A stretch of DNA of 59,564 bases from Clostridia bacterium. GTDB lineage: Bacteria; Bacillota; Clostridia; Oscillospirales; CAG-272. Both the position numbers and the translations under genes were made by a program. The stretch is from the NCBI GenBank assembly GCA_017532425.1, contig JAFXJH010000047.1:1-59564 (forward strand). Reading direction: 5' to 3'. The notes beneath the pieces are model-generated. The model did no database searches. It had not been told where the DNA came from and was given only the letters and a program-made list of their open reading frames with translations. Below, piece after piece: positions 20,521 through 30,258 of the stretch (position 1 is its first letter; the number at the start of each line of letters is the position of its first letter).

Positions 20521-21279
20521 TTAAAGTCTCATACTTATTCCCTTGTCCGCGAGATATTTCTTCAGCTCGGGAATTTTTATCTGTCCGAAGTGGAAAACAG
20601 ACGCTGCAAGCCCTGCATCGACCTTCGGAAGCGTTTCAAAGAGTGTCGCAAAGTCCTCTTTCGAGCCTGCTCCGCCCGATGCGATAACCGGCACGCTGAC
20701 AGCCTCGCAGACTGCGTTCAGCATTTCGATATCAAATCCGCCCTTGACGCCGTCTGTATCTATCGAATTTACTACGATCTCGCCCGCGCCGAGCTCAACT
20801 CCGCGCTTTATCCAGGAGATCGCCTCGATTCCCGTGTTTTCCCTTCCGCCTTTAGCAAAAACGCGGAAGACTCCGTCCACTCTTTTTATATCGACCGAAA
20901 GCACCACGCACTGGCTTCCGTATTTCTCTGCGCCCTCTTTTATGAGCATCGGGTTTCTTATCGCGCCCGAATTCACGCTGACCTTATCCGCTCCGCATTT
21001 GAGCACGCGGTCGAAGTCTGCAAGTGTATTTATTCCTCCGCCGACTGTCAGCGGTATGAATACCTTTCTCGCCGTTTCGCAGAGAATATCCGTGAAAAGT
21101 GCGCGTCCCTCCGCTGATGCCGTTATATCGTAGAAAACGAGCTCATCCGCTCCGTTTTCACTATAAAACTGCGCGAGCTCAACCGGCGAAGACACGTCCG
21201 AAAGTCCGAGAAAATTTACTCCCTTTACCACTCTTCCGTCCCTTACGTCAAGGCACGGTATTATTCTTTTTGTTATCAT
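20521..21279 (-). CDS. hisF: IGP synthase cyclase subunit
   Basis: [28 protein letters not shown]. Confidence 0.96.
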   Translation of the reverse strand: MITKRIIPCLDVRDGRVVKGVNFLGLSDVSSPVELAQFYSENGADELVFYDITASAEGRALFTDILCETARKVFIPLTVGGGINTLADFDRVLKCGADKVSVNSGAIRNPMLIKEGAEKYGSQCVVLSVDIKRVDGVFRVFAKGGRENTGIEAISWIKRGVELGAGEIVVNSIDTDGVKGGFDIEMLNAVCEAVSVPVIASGGAGSKEDFATLFETLPKVDAGLAASVFHFGQIKIPELKKYLADKGISMRL

Positions 21280-21304
21280 AATTATATATTATATTCCTTT
21301 CTCA

Positions 21305-21471
21305 GAACCCTTTTTGAAAAAAGGGTTCCGAACCTCCCAAAAACTTTTCTAAAAGGGGAATAATAATTTATTAGCAAAGTTTTTGAAGGAGTGCAGAGGA
21401 AACTTTTTTCAAAAAGTTTCCTTTGCGCAGGCAGAGCCCTTGGTGGGGTTCTCAGGGGCAAAGCCCCTGAG
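21305..21471. repeat. Inverted doublet of the palindromic repeat family plus triloop hairpin overlapping the hisA stop
   Basis: GAACCCTTTTTGAAAAAAGGGTTC..CAAAAACTTTT / AAAGTTTTTG..GGAAACTTTTTTCAAAAAGTTTCC; CTCAGGGGC-AAA-GCCCCTGAG. Confidence 0.9.
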
Positions 21472-22171
21472 CAATAGCTTCCGAGAGCTTGATAGCGCCT
21501 GTGTAATAAGCCTTGCCGATTATTGCGCCATAGACGTCCATTTTGCGAAGCGCGATAACGTCGTCAAGCGAGGAAACGCCGCCCGAAGCGATTATGTTCA
21601 TATCGTATTTTTGTGAAAGCGATCTGTAAAGCTCGAGATTTGTGCCGCGCATAGCACCGTCGCGTGAGATATCGGTGCAAATAATTGTTTTTACTCCGAT
21701 ATTCTGCATTTTTTCAAAAAAATCGTCGCTTTTGACACCGCTCTTTTCGACCCAACCCTTGACGGCGATCTCACCGTCCTTGATGTCTGCGCCGACCGCG
21801 ATCTTGTCGCCGTATTTTTCTACTGCACGCTCAACAAAGCCTTCGCTTGAAACCGCCGCCGTGCCGAGAATAACTCGTCCGACACCGACGGAGAGATATT
21901 TCTCAATAGTCTCCATATCGCGTATTCCGCCGCCGATCTCAACGAAAAGATCGGTCGCATTCACTATCTGCTTTACCGTTTCGAAATTCGGAGTATTTCC
22001 GTCGCGCGCGCCCTCAAGATCGACCATATGGATATGAGTCGCGCCCTCCTCTACAAATTTTTTTGCCGTATTTATGGGATTTTCATCATAAACCGTGAGC
22101 TTTGCGTAGTCACCCTTATAAAGGCGCACAGCCTTGCCCTCGTACAGATCTATTGCGGGAAAAATTATCAT
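21452..22171 (-). CDS. hisA: ProFAR isomerase
   Basis: IFPAIDL, HMVDLEGA, GGGIR, TDISRDG. Confidence 0.96.
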   Translation of the reverse strand: MIIFPAIDLYEGKAVRLYKGDYAKLTVYDENPINTAKKFVEEGATHIHMVDLEGARDGNTPNFETVKQIVNATDLFVEIGGGIRDMETIEKYLSVGVGRVILGTAAVSSEGFVERAVEKYGDKIAVGADIKDGEIAVKGWVEKSGVKSDDFFEKMQNIGVKTIICTDISRDGAMRGTNLELYRSLSQKYDMNIIASGGVSSLDDVIALRKMDVYGAIIGKAYYTGAIKLSEAIAQGLCP

Positions 22172-22192
22172 AGCTTAGTCCTTATATACTTA

Positions 22193-22810
22193 TTAAAGCT
22201 CGGCAAACGCCTTGATTATCGAAAGTCCGACGTTACCGCTTTTTTCGGGGTGGAACTGACAGCCGTAAACGTTGCCCGATGCCACAGCGGCTGTGAGAGG
22301 TGCGCCGTACGACGTGCTTGCGATCACCGCATCCTCGCAGTCACTTGCGTAATACGAATGAACGAAATATACGCAGTCGCCCTCGTTAATATACTTAAAT
22401 ATCTCATTCTTCTCTTTATTTTCGGGGAAGATCAGCCCATTCCAGCCGATATGCGGAATCTTAAGGTCGGACGGGATCACGTCTGCTATAGGCTTAACGC
22501 TTCCTTTTATAAGTCCGAGACCCTTGTATCTGCCGAATTCGTAGCTTTCATCAAAAAGAAGCTGCATACCGAGGCAGATTCCCATAATCGGTTTGCCGTC
22601 TGCCGCGAGCTCCTTGAGAAGCTTATCAAATCCGCGCTCTGCGAGCTTTTCGGACGCATCTCTGAACGCGCCCACGCCCGGCAGAATTATTTTATCGGCG
22701 TTTCTTATTATCTTTTCGTCGTCCGTTACCACAGATTCTATACCGAGTGCGGCAAGCGAAGACCCAAGCGAAAAAAGATTTCCTACGCCGTAGTCAATTA
22801 TTGCTATCAT
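22193..22810 (-). CDS. hisH: IGP synthase glutaminase subunit
   Basis: IIDYGVGN, GICLGMQLL, QFHPEKS. Confidence 0.96.
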   Translation of the reverse strand: MIAIIDYGVGNLFSLGSSLAALGIESVVTDDEKIIRNADKIILPGVGAFRDASEKLAERGFDKLLKELAADGKPIMGICLGMQLLFDESYEFGRYKGLGLIKGSVKPIADVIPSDLKIPHIGWNGLIFPENKEKNEIFKYINEGDCVYFVHSYYASDCEDAVIASTSYGAPLTAAVASGNVYGCQFHPEKSGNVGLSIIKAFAEL

Positions 22811-23397
22811 TAAAGTACTCCCTTTGTTGAAGGTATTTCGCCCGCTCTTGCCGAGTCGATCGACACCGCCGCGCGAAGTGCCGCCGCAAATGCCTTGAAT
22901 ATTCCTTCAATAATATGGTGCGTATTCTTGCCTGCAAGCTGTCTTATATGGAGCGTCATTTCCGATCTTCTTACAAGTGCCGCAAAGAATTCCTCTACAA
23001 GCTCTGTATCAAAGTCGCCCACCTTTTCTGCAAGACCTTCTGTATTATACGCAAGTGTTGCTCTGCCCGAAAGGTCTATCGACACAAGCAGGAGCGCTTC
23101 ATCCATCGGAATTATCGCGTTTCCGTAGCGCGCGATTCCCATTTTGTTGCCCAAAGCTTCCTTTATCGCGTCGCCAAGGCAGATTCCGATATCCTCTACC
23201 GTGTGATGATAGTCGACCTCTATATCGCCCTTACATCTGACGTAAAGCGAGCATCTCGAATGCTTTGCGAAAAGTGTCAGCATATGATCGAGAAACGCGC
23301 ACGACGTCTTGACGTCGCTCTCGCCCTTACCGTCAAGATCGATCTTCAGTTCAATATCTGTTTCCGCAGTCTTACGTAAAATCTCACTATTTCTCAT
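22810..23397 (-). CDS. hisB: Imidazoleglycerol-phosphate dehydratase
   Basis: FLDHML, DYHHTVED, NTHHIIE, PSTKGVL; start moved to the ATG after AAGGA. Confidence 0.96.
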   Translation of the reverse strand: MRNSEILRKTAETDIELKIDLDGKGESDVKTSCAFLDHMLTLFAKHSRCSLYVRCKGDIEVDYHHTVEDIGICLGDAIKEALGNKMGIARYGNAIIPMDEALLLVSIDLSGRATLAYNTEGLAEKVGDFDTELVEEFFAALVRRSEMTLHIRQLAGKNTHHIIEGIFKAFAAALRAAVSIDSARAGEIPSTKGVL

Positions 23398-23415
23398 TTT
23401 TATATCCTTTCTTTT

Positions 23416-23658
23416 TTTGGGGAAACTTTTTGAAAAAAGTTTCCCCAAACCCTTTCAAAAACTTTTCTGAAAAGGATTTGGATTATTTTTATAAAAAGGC
23501 TGTTTCCTCTGAATTTCTGCCAAAATTAAATTCGATTTCTTTTTGAAAAAAGTTTCCAAACCTTCCCAAAAACTTTTCTTAAAAAGAGAATAAACAAATT
23601 ATTTAGTAAAGTTTTTGAAGGAGTGCAGAGGAAACTTTTTTCAAAAAGTTTCCTTTGC
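23416..23658. repeat. Three copies of the palindromic repeat family between hisC and hisB
   Basis: Two reverse copies and one forward copy; 23608-23658 is identical to 21376-21426. Confidence 0.9.
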
Positions 23659-23666
23659 TATTACGT

Positions 23667-24725
23667 TTATTTTTTTATTATCTTCTCGGTGGCGAAGAGG
23701 AATGCATCCATTTCGGCGCGAGTGCCTATGGTTATGCGGTTGTATTTTTCAAGGCGTCCGCCCGAAAAATGTCTTATAAGAATGCCGCGCTTTTTCATTT
23801 CGCTTGCAAAATCCGAGCCCGAGATCGCCTCGTGACCTGCGAGAACGAAATTTGCCGCGGATTCAATTACCTCAAAGCCCATTTCGCGAAGCTTTGCCGT
23901 AACGTAGGTACGCGTTTCGATGATCTTCTGAGCATTGTCATCGTAATATTTGCCGTTGCGGAGTGCCGCTTCGCCCGCGATCAGAGTGAGACGGTTGATG
24001 CTGTACGGATTGGTCGAAAATTTCAGCTTGTTAAGGTCTGCGATGATCTCCTTGTCCGCAAATGCGAATCCGAGTCTCGCGCCCGCAAGGCTTCTCGATT
24101 TGGAATAGGTGCGTACAACAAGCAGATTTTTATAGCTGTTGAGCAGCTTCAGCGCGCTCTCTCCGCCGAAATCTATATACGCTTCGTCAACAAGCACCAC
24201 GCTGTCGGGATTTGCCTTCAGTATGCGCTCGATCTCGCAGAGCGGCTTGAAAATTCCGGTCGGTGCGTTCGGATTGGCGATAACTATAAGCTTGCCGTTC
24301 TCTTCGAGATAATCCTCGGTTTTTATGGTAAAATCATCACAAAGCGGCTTCTTTTCGTAATTTGCGCCGTGAAGCTTTGCATAGACCTCGTAAAACCCGT
24401 AGGTTATATCGGGGAAAACAACTCCCTTTTCGGAAAACGCCATAAAGGCGAAATTCAGTATATCGTCCGAGCCGTTTGAAACGAAGACCTCGTCGGTCTC
24501 GCGTGAATAAAACTCGCCGAGCGCCTTACGGAGTCCGCGGCAGTCGGGGTCGGAATAGAGTCGCAGGTCGGAAAGCTCTCCGTAGCCTATCGACACAAGC
24601 ACATCGGGTGACGGCGGATAGGGCGACTCGTTTGTATTAAGCTTTATGTATTTGACACCAAGAGGCTGTTCGCCCGGTGTGTACGCCGTAAGCTCGGCGT
24701 ATTTTTGGTTCATATATTTACTCAT
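23667..24725 (-). CDS. hisC: Histidinol-phosphate aminotransferase
   Basis: KLNTNESPY, NPNAPTG, DEAY, RTYSKSRSLAGARLG. Confidence 0.95.
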   Translation of the reverse strand: MSKYMNQKYAELTAYTPGEQPLGVKYIKLNTNESPYPPSPDVLVSIGYGELSDLRLYSDPDCRGLRKALGEFYSRETDEVFVSNGSDDILNFAFMAFSEKGVVFPDITYGFYEVYAKLHGANYEKKPLCDDFTIKTEDYLEENGKLIVIANPNAPTGIFKPLCEIERILKANPDSVVLVDEAYIDFGGESALKLLNSYKNLLVVRTYSKSRSLAGARLGFAFADKEIIADLNKLKFSTNPYSINRLTLIAGEAALRNGKYYDDNAQKIIETRTYVTAKLREMGFEVIESAANFVLAGHEAISGSDFASEMKKRGILIRHFSGGRLEKYNRITIGTRAEMDAFLFATEKIIKK

Positions 24726-24757
24726 AGCTATGTTTTACCTTATTCAAAACATTCATA

Positions 24758-24930
24758 CGAGAAAACTTTTTGAAAAAAGTTTTCTCGAGCTCTTTCAAAA
24801 ACCTTTCTAAAAAGTTAATTTTCCTTTTCAGTAAAGTTTTTGGAGATCCAAGAACCTTTTTTCAAAAAGGTTCTTGGTGGGTTCCAAGGGCAAAGCCCTT
24901 GGCAGGGTTCAAAGGGACGGAGTCCCTTTG
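24758..24930. repeat. Inverted doublet of the repeat family plus two triloop hairpins overlapping the hisD stop
   Basis: 24833-24903 is the reverse complement of about 49579-49648. Confidence 0.9.
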
Positions 24931-26192
24931 CGTACTCCTACGCTGCGGGCGTGGGCGGAGAGGCCTTCTTTTTCGGCGAAAGCCATAACGTCGTCCGCAA
25001 CATCAGCGAGAGCATCTTTGGTGAAGTAGGTGTACTGCATTTTCTTAACGAAGTCGTCAACAGAGAGAGGGCTCGAGAATCGTGCAGTTCCGCTTGTCGG
25101 GAGAGTGTGGTTGGGTCCGGCGAAATAGTCACCGAGAGCCTCGGGGCAATATCTGCCCATAAATACAGAGCCTGCATTCTTAACTCGGTCAAGTACGGCG
25201 AAGGGATCGTCAAGACAAAGCTCGAGATGCTCGGGGGCGATGTCGTTTGAAAGCTCGATTGCTTCGATAAGATCGTCGGTGACTATGATCTTGCCGTTGT
25301 TGTCAACAGAAGCGCGGGCAATTTCTGCTCTCGGGAGAAGAGGAATCATACGCTCAAGCTCGGCTGAAACCTTATTTGCAAGATCTATGCTGTCGGTAAT
25401 GAGAACGGCAGTCGAATTTTTGTCGTGCTCTGCCTGCGAAAGCATATCAGCGGCAACGTAAGAGGGGTTCGAGTTCTTGTCTGCGATTACGAGAATTTCG
25501 CTCGGCCCTGCGATCATATCTATCGCGACCTGACCGTAAACCTGACGCTTTGCCTCAGCAACAAACGCGTTGCCCGGTCCGACTATCTTGTCAACCATAG
25601 GAACACTCCTCGTGCCGTATGCAAGTGCTGCAACAGCCTGCGCTCCGCCGAGCGCGAAAACGCGGTCAACTCCCGCAACGTGAGCCGCAGCGAGAATTGC
25701 GGGCGCGATCTTTCCTCCGCTTGCAGGGGAAACCATAACGATCTCGCCGACTCCCGCAAGCTTTGCTGGAATTGCGTTCATAAGCACGGACGAAGGATAA
25801 GCCGCCGTGCCACCCGGAACGTAAATGCCTACCTTGGCAAGAGGAATCACCTTTTGTCCGGTAACTACGCCGTTTTTCTCATTTATAATAAAGCTGTTTC
25901 TTACCTGTCTTTTGTGGAATGCTTCGATATTTTCGGCGGCGCGGCGTAAAACTCCCATAAATTCTTCGCCGATCTCATCAACCGCCTTCTCGATTTCTTC
26001 CATTGATACCTCAAGAGAGGTGAGCTTTGCTCTGTCAAAGCGCTCGGTGTATTCAAAAAGTGCTTCGTCGCCGCGAGCGCGCACGTTTGCGATTATGTCG
26101 CTTACAATATCCTCAACGCCCGATGCCGAAAGCGAACGGTTGAAAAGGAGCGTTTTATCTATATTTTTTATATCTTCAAATATCTTTATCAT
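24909..26192 (-). CDS. hisD: Histidinol dehydrogenase
   Basis: YVPGGTAAYPSS, GGAQAVAALAYG, AGPSE, QAEHD, APEHLEL. Confidence 0.97.
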   Translation of the reverse strand: MIKIFEDIKNIDKTLLFNRSLSASGVEDIVSDIIANVRARGDEALFEYTERFDRAKLTSLEVSMEEIEKAVDEIGEEFMGVLRRAAENIEAFHKRQVRNSFIINEKNGVVTGQKVIPLAKVGIYVPGGTAAYPSSVLMNAIPAKLAGVGEIVMVSPASGGKIAPAILAAAHVAGVDRVFALGGAQAVAALAYGTRSVPMVDKIVGPGNAFVAEAKRQVYGQVAIDMIAGPSEILVIADKNSNPSYVAADMLSQAEHDKNSTAVLITDSIDLANKVSAELERMIPLLPRAEIARASVDNNGKIIVTDDLIEAIELSNDIAPEHLELCLDDPFAVLDRVKNAGSVFMGRYCPEALGDYFAGPNHTLPTSGTARFSSPLSVDDFVKKMQYTYFTKDALADVADDVMAFAEKEGLSAHARSVGVRKGTPSL

Positions 26193-26319
26193 TTATATGA
26201 CCATTCCTTTCTTGAAGTTATGAAGTTTTGCGCGTTTTGCCTTGGTAATTTCGCAGCTTTGATGCGAAAGGCTCAAAACTTCAGTCTGAAAAATGACACA
26301 TTTTTTCAAACTTTTTCTC

Positions 26320-26949
26320 TTACTCAACTATCTTTGCAAGCGAAGAATATATATTTTCTATCGCCTCGTTCTTGAATTTGAAGCTTGCCTTGTTTGCGAT
26401 AAGTCGTGCGCTTATGTCTACTACCTTCTCAAACGGTGCAAGATGGTTTTCGTAGAGAGTTTTGCCCGTCTCGACTATATCTACGATAACGTCCGAAAGT
26501 CCGAGAATGGGGGCAAGCTCTATCGAGCCGTTAAGTGTAATTATATCTATTTCCCTGCGCTGTCTGTCATAATAGTTGCGCGCAATATTCGGGAATTTCG
26601 TTGCTACGCGGAGCGTTTTGTCGGGGTCGCTTCGGTAGTCCTCCATAGCGGCGACCATCATTCGGCAGACTCCCGTTTTGAGGTCGAGAAGCTCGTAAAC
26701 GTCGGGGGAATATTCAAGCAGAATGTCCTTTCCCGCAACACCGATGTCAGCCGCGCCTCTTTCTACGTATATCGATACGTCGGACGGCTTTACCCAGAAG
26801 TATCTGACGCCGACCTCGGGATTTTCGTATATGAGCTTTCGGTTGTTTTCCTTGATCGAAGGGCAAGGATAGCCTGCCGCCTCAAACATAGAATAGACCT
26901 TTTCGCCAAGTCTTCCCTTGGGAAGCGCTATATTTACAAATTCAGCCAT
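26320..26949 (-). CDS. hisG: ATP phosphoribosyltransferase, short form
   Basis: IALPKGRL, ATKFPN, GSIELAP, DIVETGKTL. Confidence 0.95.
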   Translation of the reverse strand: MAEFVNIALPKGRLGEKVYSMFEAAGYPCPSIKENNRKLIYENPEVGVRYFWVKPSDVSIYVERGAADIGVAGKDILLEYSPDVYELLDLKTGVCRMMVAAMEDYRSDPDKTLRVATKFPNIARNYYDRQRREIDIITLNGSIELAPILGLSDVIVDIVETGKTLYENHLAPFEKVVDISARLIANKASFKFKNEAIENIYSSLAKIVE

Positions 26950-26951
26950 GA

Positions 26952-28079
26952 TCAGACCTCACCGCCCTTTCTCATATCGACGATCCTATTGAATGTCATA
27001 TTTTCGGGCACTTCTCTTCCCGACATCAGACTTTCTCCGTTTGCCGTGAGCTTTTCCACGTTTGCAAATATGTCTGCGGGAGAATCGTTTTCGCCGTAAA
27101 CAAGGAAAATATCGGCATCATAGTCGGCAGAAGTCCTGTCAAGGCGCTCGAGCAGATCAAGATATACCGCAAAGCCGATAGCTCCGCCCTCGCGACCCAT
27201 TTTTGAAAGAAGATTGTCATATCTTCCGCCCGAAAGAACGCCTGTCGGGACGTTGTTTATAAATCCTCTGAAAACTATTCCGCTGTAGTAACGCATATCG
27301 TTTACTACAGAAAAATCTATCCATACGTGCTCTGCTTCTCCGCTCTTTTTGAGCATATCGCAAACCGTATTAAGCTCGCCGAGAGCCTCGCGTGCCTTCT
27401 CTGTGCGGCATATTTCGGGAAGTATCAGAATAACGTCCTCTATCTTTCCGTATGCGGAAACGAGCTTTGCAAAGCAGTTCTTCATATCTTCAGAAAGAGA
27501 TGCCTCCTCGCAAACCGATGCCACGCCCGAGCGATTCTTCTCGCCTATACAGAGAAGCATCTTATGTCTGAGCTCGCCAGAAAGCTTTGCCTCGTCAAGA
27601 AGGGCTGAAAGTATACCCATATGCGAAATATCGAGTATATACTTATCGCTTATCGTAGCAAGACTGCGGAGTGCGAGCATAATTACCTCGCACACGCTGT
27701 AGCTGTCAAGCCTTCCGAAGCATTCAAGACCGGTCTGCATTATTTCGGAAAAATCCTTTGATGCAGAAGCACCCGATGAACGGTATACCGTTTCGTTATA
27801 ATATACTTTATTTATTCCCGAAGGAGCTTCGGGTGTGTTTTTTATTATCGAAAGAGTTACGTCGGGCTTCAGGGCAAGAAGCTTGCCGCTCTCTCCCGTA
27901 AAGGTGATAACTCTGTCGCTAACAAGAAAATCCTTGTTGCGCACGTAGAGATCATACTCCTCGAATTTACTCATTTTATACGGTTTATATCCAAAAGCAC
28001 GGTAAAGACCGCGGAGAGAGAACATTACTCTCTCCTCTGTCTTGAATATATTTTTATCTGTACGGAAAGTACCGTTCAT
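26952..28079 (-). CDS. hisZ: ATP phosphoribosyltransferase regulatory subunit
   Basis: LALKPDVT, YYSGIVF, SGGRYD, AIGFA; HisRS-like and upstream of short hisG. Confidence 0.9.
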   Translation of the reverse strand: MNGTFRTDKNIFKTEERVMFSLRGLYRAFGYKPYKMSKFEEYDLYVRNKDFLVSDRVITFTGESGKLLALKPDVTLSIIKNTPEAPSGINKVYYNETVYRSSGASASKDFSEIMQTGLECFGRLDSYSVCEVIMLALRSLATISDKYILDISHMGILSALLDEAKLSGELRHKMLLCIGEKNRSGVASVCEEASLSEDMKNCFAKLVSAYGKIEDVILILPEICRTEKAREALGELNTVCDMLKKSGEAEHVWIDFSVVNDMRYYSGIVFRGFINNVPTGVLSGGRYDNLLSKMGREGGAIGFAVYLDLLERLDRTSADYDADIFLVYGENDSPADIFANVEKLTANGESLMSGREVPENMTFNRIVDMRKGGEV

Positions 28080-28116
28080 ATTTGTTTCTGCCTTTCGCCG
28101 GGATTAATTACGTATG

Positions 28117-28145
28117 ATTTTATCACTTTAAAGCACTAAAGTCAA
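28117..28145 (-). promoter_or_regulatory. his operon promoter with HisR-type operator
   Basis: TTGACT-N17-TAAAAT; palindrome CACTTTA-AAGCAC-TAAAGTC (28124-28143) covers the spacer. Confidence 0.72.
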
Positions 28146-28210
28146 TATATATCTTGTACAAAATTTCAATCGTTTATATAGTAAACTGTAATAAAACGCC
28201 AAAGCCTTTG

Positions 28211-28639
28211 TCAAGCGTTTTCTATCTGAGCCGCGTGCTCGCAGTATACACAGCGATAAATTCGCTTTTCGCGGTCGCTGAGCTTGAACTCCTGTCTGAG
28301 CTCGGGCTCTACCGATGTGATACAGCGGGGATTCTTGCATCTTATAACGCCCGAAATTCTTTCGGGGAGAGTGATCCTTGCTCTCTTTGCAAGCTTGCCG
28401 TCTTCGATTCTATTGACCGTAATACCCGGATCGATAAATCCGAGCAGGTCGAAATCAAGGTCAATTATTTCGCCTATCTTGATGATATCCTTTTTGCCCA
28501 TTTTTGTGCTGTCTGCGTTTTTTATCATAGCAACAGTACAGTCAAGCTTATCAAGACCGAGAACGTTATATATATACATTCCCTTTCCTGCGCTTATGTG
28601 GTCTATAACTATTCCGTTTTTGATCTGTCCTATAATCAT
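28211..28639 (-). CDS. pyrI: Aspartate carbamoyltransferase regulatory chain
   Basis: [17 protein letters not shown], Zn ligands CKNPRC and CVYCE. Confidence 0.93.
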   Translation of the reverse strand: MIIGQIKNGIVIDHISAGKGMYIYNVLGLDKLDCTVAMIKNADSTKMGKKDIIKIGEIIDLDFDLLGFIDPGITVNRIEDGKLAKRARITLPERISGVIRCKNPRCITSVEPELRQEFKLSDREKRIYRCVYCEHAAQIENA

Positions 28640-29559
28640 TTGCCTTCAGCCTCCTTCAGCAGCATAAGAATGAGAGCCATTCTGATATATACGCTGTATT
28701 TTACCTGCTTGAAATAGCAAGCGCGGGGATCGTCGTCCACAGCGACCGAAATTTCATTGACTCTCGGAAGCGGATGGAGTATCGCGAGATCCTTCTTTGC
28801 ATTTGCAAGCTTATCGGGTGTGAGAATATATATGTCCTTGAGTCTTATATAGTCTGCCTCGTTGAAGAAACGCTCCTTCTGAACTCTCGTCATATAGAGT
28901 ATATCGAGCTTATCTATCGATCCGACAAGATCGGTTGTTTCCTCAAACTCTGCGCCCGACGGGATGATGACCTCGTCTCTGATATAATCGGGGACCTTTA
29001 GCTCCTCTGGCGAGATGAGAACGAATTTCACGTTTTTATATCTTGCCATAGCCGAAATGAGCGAATGTACGGTGCGTCCGAATTTAAGGTCGCCGCAAAG
29101 ACCGACGGTAAGTCCGTCGAAGCCTCCCTTTTCAAGCTTTATCGTAATAAGGTCGGTAAGAGTCTGAGTCGGGTGGTTATGTCCGCCGTCGCCCGCGTTG
29201 ATGATCGGAACCTCAGAGCGCATAGTAGCGGCAAGCGCTGCACCCTCCTTGGGATGTCTCATTGCGATTATATTTACGTAATTGGAAACTGTTCTTATGG
29301 TATCCGAAAGGCTCTCGCCCTTTGCTGTCGAGCTGCTCTGCGCCTCCGAAAAGCCGAGAACGTTACCTCCGAGCTGATACATCGCAGACTCAAAGCTCAG
29401 TCTTGTTCTTGTAGACGGCTCGAAGAAGAGGGTAGCAAGTCTTTTGCCCTTGCACGCCTCTGCGTATTTTTCGGGATTTGCCATTATATCCTCTGCCGTT
29501 TCGATAAGCGAATCGATCTCGGCAAGTGACAAATCTTTTATATCGATAAGACTTCTCAT
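28636..29559 (-). CDS. pyrB: Aspartate carbamoyltransferase catalytic chain
   Basis: [27 protein letters not shown]. Confidence 0.97.
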   Translation of the reverse strand: MRSLIDIKDLSLAEIDSLIETAEDIMANPEKYAEACKGKRLATLFFEPSTRTRLSFESAMYQLGGNVLGFSEAQSSSTAKGESLSDTIRTVSNYVNIIAMRHPKEGAALAATMRSEVPIINAGDGGHNHPTQTLTDLITIKLEKGGFDGLTVGLCGDLKFGRTVHSLISAMARYKNVKFVLISPEELKVPDYIRDEVIIPSGAEFEETTDLVGSIDKLDILYMTRVQKERFFNEADYIRLKDIYILTPDKLANAKKDLAILHPLPRVNEISVAVDDDPRACYFKQVKYSVYIRMALILMLLKEAEGK

Positions 29560-29598
29560 TTTCGTACCTCACCTTTCTTGTTTTGTTGTAAATGTTTT

Positions 29599-30015
29599 TT
29601 ATCCTATCTCGCGTATTGGACGGTGTGAAATAATCTTCTTTATTGCTTTCTGCGCGTTTTCATCTTTCAATCGGAATTGAATACTTTTTCCGTCATCGAA
29701 AGTTATTCTTATATAAAAACGCTCCGTATATGAATATCCTCTAACCACATCTCTTATTTGAGCATAGCTGTATTCTTTTCTTTTGAAAAACAAAGAAACC
29801 ACACATATTTTGTTAGGAAAAAAAGAAATTTTCCAAACCTCGTAATATATCAACATGGTTATTATAGGAAAACCGAGACCTACTCCCAAACACAAAACAA
29901 TTATATAATTAAATTTAGAATACACAAATAGCATCAACGCCGTAATAATAAAAATCGATGCAAAAAAGCGAACTGCATATATGTGATTTTTATTTTTCTT
30001 AACATTTACCACCAT
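29599..30015 (-). CDS. AT-rich hypothetical membrane protein (2 TM plus soluble C-terminal domain)
   Basis: RBS AAGGAG; two hydrophobic helices; composition differs from neighbours. Confidence 0.65.
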   Translation of the reverse strand: MVVNVKKNKNHIYAVRFFASIFIITALMLFVYSKFNYIIVLCLGVGLGFPIITMLIYYEVWKISFFPNKICVVSLFFKRKEYSYAQIRDVVRGYSYTERFYIRITFDDGKSIQFRLKDENAQKAIKKIISHRPIREIG

Positions 30016-30124
30016 TTGTTCTCCTTTTTCCGTGGGAAACTAAGATTTTTCATTTCCTTATATATACGCCTTTTGCACCTCCGCTAAAAATGCAAAAAGG
30101 TGCAAAAATGTCGTGTATTCTTAT

Positions 30125-30248
30125 TTTGATATTTTGGCTTTGCCAAAATTGTGGATAAGCACCTTCTATGTTTGTACTTATTCAGCAATAGCTTTGAGAT
30201 TTTGGATTTGCCAAAATCGTGGATAAGCGCCTTCTTTGTTAGTTCTTA
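30125..30248. repeat. Imperfect 56-bp direct repeat x2 (68-bp period)
   Basis: 30125-30180 vs 30193-30248; each has an ATTTTGG..CCAAAAT palindrome and GTGGATAA. Confidence 0.8.
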
Positions 30249-30258
30249 CTTTATGCGC

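Noticed and set aside
30150-30226. Replication origin
   Set aside because: Only one perfect and one imperfect DnaA box, inside an operon, with no dnaA/dnaN nearby
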